The notes under the pieces: generated by a model
What the model was told of the DNA's origin: nothing
Seen by the model: only the letters and a program-made list of their open reading frames with translations
Database searches by the model: none
Assembly: GCF_001194135.2 (NCBI RefSeq)
Contig: NC_068994.1
Span: forward strand, 29,735,731-29,780,444
DNA: 44,714 bases
Source: Octopus bimaculoides
Lineage: Eukaryota
Direction: 5' to 3'
Translations under genes and position numbers: made by a program
In this document: positions 37,835 to 44,714 of the stretch, one piece after another
Layout of the letters: the number at the start of each line of letters is the position of its first letter
Position numbering within the stretch: position 1 is the first letter of the stretch

Positions 37835-37890
<56 letters not shown>

Positions 37891-37930
37891 TGTATGTATG
37901 TATAGATAGATAGATAGATAGATAGATAGT
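37835..37930. repeat. (TA)n/(ATGT)n/(GATA)n microsatellite beside an N gap
   Basis: Direct reading of the sequence. Confidence 0.9.
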
Positions 37931-39227
37931 TGTAGTAGTGTATAACAAACACAGTCATATACACACTTATACACTTTACATAAAAATACACATACGTATT
38001 TGCATGCATGTATGCATACATACATGCATATCTATCTCCATATCTATTTATCTTTACACTCATTCATACCAATACATAAATAGGCACGTATTTATATCGG
38101 AATATAACAGAATTCAAATAATCCTGAATAATCCAAGAGAATAAAGACACGTACGAAATTCCAAGCGTCTAATAATGGTTCAAACTGTGATGCCACTTTA
38201 AATTAAACGAGATGGAGGGTCAGTAAGTTATAGAAATATAAAATAACCCTAACAATTCTATTAGTGTGAGTGATTCACCATCATCACCCTCTTCTCTCCT
38301 CACACACACAGGCCTCTTGAAAACATAGAGGCCTCTTGAACACACGCGCGCGCCTTTTGAACACAAACACACAGGCCTCTTGAACACACAATTCTCTTAA
38401 GCCTTCCAATTTTCTTCTCGCTACGTTCCATCTCAAAAATAGCTGCAATCATCATTCGATAAGTTCCAAATGAAAAATGTTTGAGTAAAAACTAATTTAT
38501 CCACACTTTCAGTTCTACCTCTCATATTTTTCCCTATCAGTACTCGTAAATAAATTATCATTCTTAGTTACAAGCCATATTTATCTTCATCTATATATTT
38601 TAATTACAACTATATTTGTTGTGCAAACTAACATACTCACATGTGCACTTGAATACACATGCACATACACTACCTACATTAACAGATAAATACAAATAAA
38701 TAAAAGAATGTTCCAACTCATAGCAAAAGATCTCCAAAATGAACACATCTTCATTACAAGTGAACTCTCTCACCAACAAAACGATCCCCACCTTCCAAAA
38801 ATTTATCTAAACTAGTGTCTCAGGAGATGCCATTGTGATTGACAAAAGCAAAACTAGAATTGTGAACAGAAGACACCCAGTTTATTGTTTTCAAAGTAAG
38901 TGGAATTTTCTCAAAAATAAAAGTATTAATATTTTTAGTGAAAACACATTCACCGATTACAAAAGTTAGAAATGATCTAATTATAAATCTCACTGAGAGA
39001 ATTAAGCAGCAGTGTTACGATAAAGCAGTTGTATACTGTCAACTCAATGTGACAGTCTCAATAAGGGAATCATACTGCTGCTATTTAGCCCTAGGAATCT
39101 GGACCGCTTCCTGTCGGCCTTCACACATTTCCTGTGTCTTTATATTTGCGAGGGGGAGACAAGCACCCCCACCCAGCTCAGTGTGCATTCAGGAACATGT
39201 TTCTGAGTCATTGCTCGTCAGGAAATG

Positions 39228-39502
39228 TGTCGGAAAATTCACCGGAGTTCACTTCAATTCATCTTAACTTTCAGGAAAATGGCTATTTTTTAGTGAAATT
39301 GTCTATAAATACACTTCGGATTATGTACACTCTGAGCATATAGGAATTTTTGGAGAAAGCAATTGGGGATTAGTTTTGAGAACTGTTCCCCACTCGGGGG
39401 TGTTTCATAACAAATCCTCCATATTTGTTTCATTTTCTCCGTTTTGTACGTTTCTGCTTCCGTAGATTTCTACTGAAGCAACAAGCATTGAAGGTAAATG
39501 AA

Positions 39503-39557
<55 letters not shown>

Positions 39558-40305
39558 GCATTTCAAAAGGTACTTTCATGCGAGAAAAAAAAATTCATAC
39601 GGTGATAGGCACCTTTTTCTTGATTTTCCAATACATATTTCAGACATTTTGGAACAAGTCGCCTTATTAAGATTTGGTATTCAGTTATGACGATTTCAGA
39701 TAAAAAATAATTTCTAAAGGTACTTTCATTTTTTATATTCTTCACCGGCGGCATGACTACATATTTCTGTCCCCTACCCCACGACTTTCGATGATCATAA
39801 CTTTCAGAAAAATGGATATTTTAAAATTAAACTTTCTACGAATATGCCCGGCTCCTTTACTTTTCAATTTCTTCCCGAAATTTTACGGCTAGAGTTAAAT
39901 GTTATATACGGATGCACAAATGCACAAAACGGAGAAAATGAAACAAATATGGACAACTTGTTCCGAAACACTCCCGAGTGGGGAACAGTTCTCAAAAATA
40001 ACCCCCAATTGTTTTCCTTAAACATCCTATATGCTTGGAGTCTACATAGTCCGAGGTATACTTGTAGACAATTTCATTAAAAAATATCCATTTTACTGAA
40101 AGTTAAGACAAATTGAAGTGGTCCCCGGTGAATTTTCCGAAAATCCTTTCCACCTCCTCTAAAATATTTCCCCCAAAGAATTTGGATATTCGGAATATAC
40201 ATGATATAACACATATTTGTAGAAAATTCCATTAAAAAATATCCATTTTTCTGAAAGTTATGATCATTCTAAGTCGGGGGAGCAGAAATCTGTAGTTATG
40301 CCTTC
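39228..40305. mobile_element. Foldback-like non-autonomous element with long inverted repeats
   Basis: 39231-39465 is an imperfect reverse complement of 39907-40142; 39750-39845 is an imperfect reverse complement of ~40220-40305. No ORF. Confidence 0.65.
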
Positions 40306-40419
40306 GCGGCTTTCTATTTGTGTTAGATGTGAGTGTGTGTGATAAAAACATTTTTATACAGAAAATTCATTTAATTTATCAGTTGTCAACAGATCTGTTT
40401 CATATACATAACATATATA

Positions 40420-43400
40420 GTTTGGTGAAACTATTTGCCTCATGTACACAGTTGAATGGCAGAAAAGAGGCCTGCCGCATACCCGCATCCTAATCTGGCT
40501 TAAAGACAAAATTCATCCTAATCAGATTGATTCTATCATTAATGCCGAGCTTCCAGACAAAACAGAAGATCCTGAACTTTTTGAAGTCATCAGGACTCGG
40601 ATGATGCATAGTCCACGCAGCTCTCTCAACAGGAACTCTCCTTGCATGGTTGATGTAAAGTGCAGTAAAGGCTACTCTAAGCAATTCATTGCCAAACAGA
40701 GACTGGTCATGATGGACACCCAAGCTACAGGCGTCGCAAGCTGGGTCAAGGAGGACATAAAGCCACTATCAACGCAAGTTTAGTCCGTGAAATTGAAGTT
40801 GACAACAGGTGGATCGTGCCGCATTGTCCCCTTCTGTCAAAGATGTCCAAAGCACACATCAATACCGAGTTTTGTAATTCTGTAAAAGCCATCAAGTATG
40901 TGTGCAATTATGTCAACAAGGGGTCAGACATGGCTGTTTTTGGCCTTCAGGAGGTAAACAAGAATGATGAGGTGACATGCTACCAGATGGCACGCTACAT
41001 TAGAAGCAATGAAGCAGCCTGGAGATTGTTTAACTTTCCACTCCATGAACGGCATCCAACTGTTATCCATCTAGCTGTACATCTACAGAATGGCCAGCGA
41101 GTATACTTTAATCCAGACAATTCACAATGTCTCCAGCGGCAACTTGAAGCTCCACGTTCAACTACATTGACTGCTTTCTATCAGCTTTGTCGCACAGATC
41201 CATTTGCTTCAACTCTTTTGTACCAAAAAGTCCCTCAATATTAAGCATAGCAACAGAGAACTAAACAATGGACGAGATGTGCCATTGATCAAACTGTTGA
41301 AGGGCATCCAGAAATCAGAAGACATTCACCATTGGAAAGGGTCTACACTGTGCATCCCAACAACTTTGAGTCTTATTTTCTGAGGCTCCTTTTGCACACA
41401 GTCCGTGCTCCAAAGAGTTTTTTAGATCTGAAGACTTTCAATGGCCATGTCTGTGACTCTTACCGACAGATTTGCCATTTCCATGGACTCCTTGAAGATG
41501 ACACTCACTGGAATGCGACTCTGGATGAGGCAGTTGTTTCCTATTCTGCATTTCAGTTGCGAAATCTCTTCACCGTTATGCTTCAGGCTTGTGACATCTC
41601 TAGCCCTCACCAGCTGTGGTAGAATCATCAGGAATCCTTCTGTGAAGACATTGTTAACAGATTGCAGAGGCAAAACTAAGATCTCAAAATCCAGCTGACT
41701 GGCATTAAGAATGAGGCTCTACTTTTTCTTGAAGACAAAGTCCTCCAGGAAATTTCAAGGGAGACATCCTATAACATGAACAATCTCTCTGAGCATGTAA
41801 CAGAGAATGAGCCAAAGCTTTTGACTGAACAACGGACAGCTTACAATTGCATCATTCAAATGACTCAGGAGGAAAAGGCTACCCTGTTCTTTTTGGATGC
41901 TCTTGAAGGTACTGGCAAGATGTTTTTGATAAACCTTTTTTTTGCAAAAGTCCGTCTAGATGGATGCATTGCATTGGTGGTAGCGTCTTCTGGAATAGCA
42001 GCTACACTCTTGACAGGTGGACGAACAGCTCATTCTACTTTCAAGGTTCCCTCGAATTTAGTTAGGATAGAGACTCCAATTTGCAACATTTCTAAGACAT
42101 CAGCAAAGGCCAAGATCTTGCATCAGACGCGCATTGATTGTCTGGGATGAATACACCATGTCTCACCGTGGAGTGCTTGAGGCTCTTGACCGTAGCCTAA
42201 GTGATTTGAGAGGAAAGGGCATTCTCATGGGTGAGGTCACTGTAGATTCGGTTGGGGATTTCAGACAAACCCTTCCTGTGATCCAAAAAGACACAAAAGC
42301 AGATGAGTTACAGGCCTGTTTCAAACAATCCTATCTGTGGACGCAAGTGACTAAACTGCACCTGGCAGTTAACATGAGGGCCCAATTATTTGGTGATCAA
42401 ACTGCCGGGCTGTTTTCACACCAGCTTCTGAAGATAGGGAAGGAATAACTACCGTATGTCAACCAAATTCAGCAACACCGGTTACCCTATGTTGAGATGG
42501 TACCAACTGTCAATGATCTCATAATGCATGTGCTCTCAAACATTGCACAAAATTTTAGCAACAGCCAGTGACTCTGTGACCAAGCCATCTTAGTTCCACG
42601 TAATGATGCTGTCGACAAAATCAACTGGGATCTCTTGTAGCTGTTGCCAGGACAAGAACAGTCTTTCAAATCCTCCGACACTGTCATTGATCAGGACCAG
42701 GCTGTAGTTTTTCCAACTGAGTTCCTAAACTCTCTACAGCCATCTGGGATGCCACCTCACCACTTTACACTTAAAAAGGGGACCCAATCATGCTGCTCAG
42801 GAATATAGATCCGCCTCGTCTGTGTAATGGCACCAGACTTGTGGTGAAAGCGATGCGACCCCATGTCTTAGAGGCAACAATTATGCCTGGAAACTATTAG
42901 GGTGAGGATGTCTTCATTCCATAGATCCCGTTAATCGCATATGACCTATTTGCATTTAAACGGTTCCAGTTCCCAGTGAAATTAAGTTTCACTAGTCAAT
43001 AAACAAGTGTCAAGGACAGTCTCTCAAGGTTGTTGGACTTCACCTTGCTTCTCCTTGCTTCTCTCATTATATGTAGGACGTTCGCGAGTTGGAAATCCCC
43101 AAAATATTTTCATTTATACACCAATTAAAGGACACACTCAAAACATCGTATATTTAGAAGCACTAGAAAATTAAACTGTGATTTGTTTCAATACATTTGT
43201 TTATACTGACGTCATCTGATAGAATTTTTGTTAAATGTACTTCTTAACAGGATAGGAGTGCCTGCAGGCTGGTTCTTCTCAATTGTATGCATCTTCAGGT
43301 TCAACGTGTTTCAAATAAGTATTGACAATTGAAGGTGATTGCAAAGACAAAAAACTACCTGGTTTTTTAACAATTTTAACAGTGAGAACATCGGACAAAA

Positions 43401-43663
43401 TATATTATTGACATTAATAGCTTGTATCTAAGCCACTTACATATTCCATGTTTCATTTTACTTAGAGATTTAAAAAGCATACTTGAATTTCATTATTTTC
43501 AATAACCTAGGAAACTCCGGGTTATTAACGTATAAAGATGGTATCTCAGCTACTAGGAGGTAAGATCTGCGTAGTCTATGTTTCATGTTAGTTAGAGATC
43601 TAAAACGCATTTTTGAATTTCATTATTTTCTTTAACCTTGACAACGCTGGGTATTTCTGCTAG
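40420..43663 (+). mobile_element. Helitron, 5'-truncated and decayed Rep-helicase
   Basis: YTVEWQKRGLPHTRIL (Rep motif 2), KYVCNYVNKGSD, RYIRSNEAAWRLF, GTGK, VASSGIAATLLTGGRTAHSTFK, WDE, GDFRQTLPV, MLLRNIDPPRLCNGTRLVV, QGQSL. The 3' end is caacgctgggtatttctgCTAG (43660-43663). Confidence 0.93.
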
Positions 43664-44323
43664 AACCTTATAAAATATCCTTCTACTTGTTTAACTACAT
43701 TCCGTAATATTAGACTTTTCTATAAAAATTAGACATATTATTTATATAAAACATTCTTATTATAAAGTTTATGGTTTATATACCACAAACTATTTATAAC
43801 TACTATTAAACATTTTTTCAAACTAAGCCGTATTGATTATTGACAGTTAAATATAAATTTTAGTCCCCAGTATTTAAAATTCCATACTCCCTTCTTTGGT
43901 TAGTCTTTTTCCATTAAATACAACACCACCTGGCTTTTTACTTCATATATGGGAGTTTAAAATTAGCTCCTTTATACTAATTTACAGAGAGAATGTAACC
44001 CTTATTAATATTTAATATATCAACACGCAACTTGTGTTTTAAATGCCATGACACTAAGTACACATTACGAACACCATACCTATGTAATTCTAACATGTTT
44101 TTAGCTTTTTTCCCTTTTCTTACTTTTTGCTACCGACAAATACTTTTTGATAACCCAGATTCTGAAAATGAATTTATTGTCTTTCTGTTTGAAACGATCC
44201 TATACTTACATGAATAAAATTAATTTCAATCCATATTAACATCTAATCTCCATTTGCGAAAAATATGACTGAATTTGTTGAACTTTGTATAATAAATTAA
44301 ATCATATACTTAATATACTTATA

Positions 44324-44365
<42 letters not shown>

Positions 44366-44402
44366 NNNNNNNNNNTGTGTGTGTGTGTGTGTGTGTGTGT
44401 GT
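44324..44402. repeat. (GT)n microsatellite containing an N gap
   Basis: Direct reading of the sequence. Confidence 0.95.
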
Positions 44403-44690
44403 GAAGGCGCATGGTTTAGTGGTTAGGATGTTGGACTCACAATCGCAAGATCGTGGGTTCGATTCCCAGACCGGGCGTTGCGTTGTATTCTCGAGCAAAG
44501 AACGTTGCTCTATAATCATTATATCATCTAACATGTGGCACACCGTGCCCCTGTACAGGTAATGTCGATTTGATGGAGAGAGTGAGCTTATGTGAACACA
44601 AACATTTGATCATTAAAAGCAAATCATCTGTGTAGTAGAAATTGCCGAACCCTCATACGTCGTCTAACGACAGGAGAGTCCATAATGATA
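44402..44690 (+). mobile_element. tRNA-derived SINE followed by (TA)n
   Basis: gaaggcgcatggtttagtggttaggatgttggactcacaatcgcaagatcgtgggttcgattcccagaccgggcg carries A and B boxes. The tail cgtcgtctaacgacaggag resembles the end of the 5319 SINE. Confidence 0.8.
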
Positions 44691-44714
44691 TATATATATA
44701 TATATATATATATA

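Noticed and set aside
38300-38390. Four spaced gcctcttgaa(cac) units resembling a repeat-spacer array
   Set aside because: About 12-bp degenerate units with 8-12 bp CA-rich spacers in eukaryotic DNA, i.e. a minisatellite. Not CRISPR, and there are no cas genes.
38824-38895. Plus-strand 72-bp exon candidate (GDAIVIDKSKTRIVNRRHPVYCFQ, gtaagt donor)
   Set aside because: Poor polypyrimidine tract, no partner exon, no recognisable domain.

Overview
Eukaryotic (metazoan) genomic DNA: AT-rich, dense in microsatellites, with small N gaps. The SINE types and simple repeats suggest a cephalopod, probably an octopus (inference, not verified). The backbone is a spliced host gene on the minus strand that the ORF track mostly hides. 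Eight GT-AG exons (37485-37398, 34711-34500, 34024-33934, 29241-29009, 22415-22328, 16859-16651, 12916-12826, 4141-4031) join into one stop-free 374-codon frame. It encodes about 3.5 tandem, divergent PLAT/LH2-like domains, each built from a phase 1-0 plus a phase 0-1 exon, with Cys residues and 8 N-glycosylation sequons. The gene runs off both ends of the window. Its introns hold decayed transposons: an L1/Tx1-type LINE, two RTE LINEs, R4/Dong-type RLE LINEs, three Penelope-like elements, a Ty3/Gypsy integrase with its LTR, a DD37D (maT) transposon, a mariner MITE, a foldback element, a Helitron, and tRNA-derived SINEs. The main oddities are: (1) the PLAT-repeat gene itself; (2) a Penelope 3' module combining a tRNA-type Pol III promoter with a minimal hammerhead ribozyme, plus an inverted terminal copy that starts inside the ribozyme palindrome; (3) a ~2 kb decayed Asn-rich coding-like block that continues in frame from one exon; (4) all coding TE remnants lying antisense to the host gene. 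TE boundaries are approximate unless a terminus is cited.
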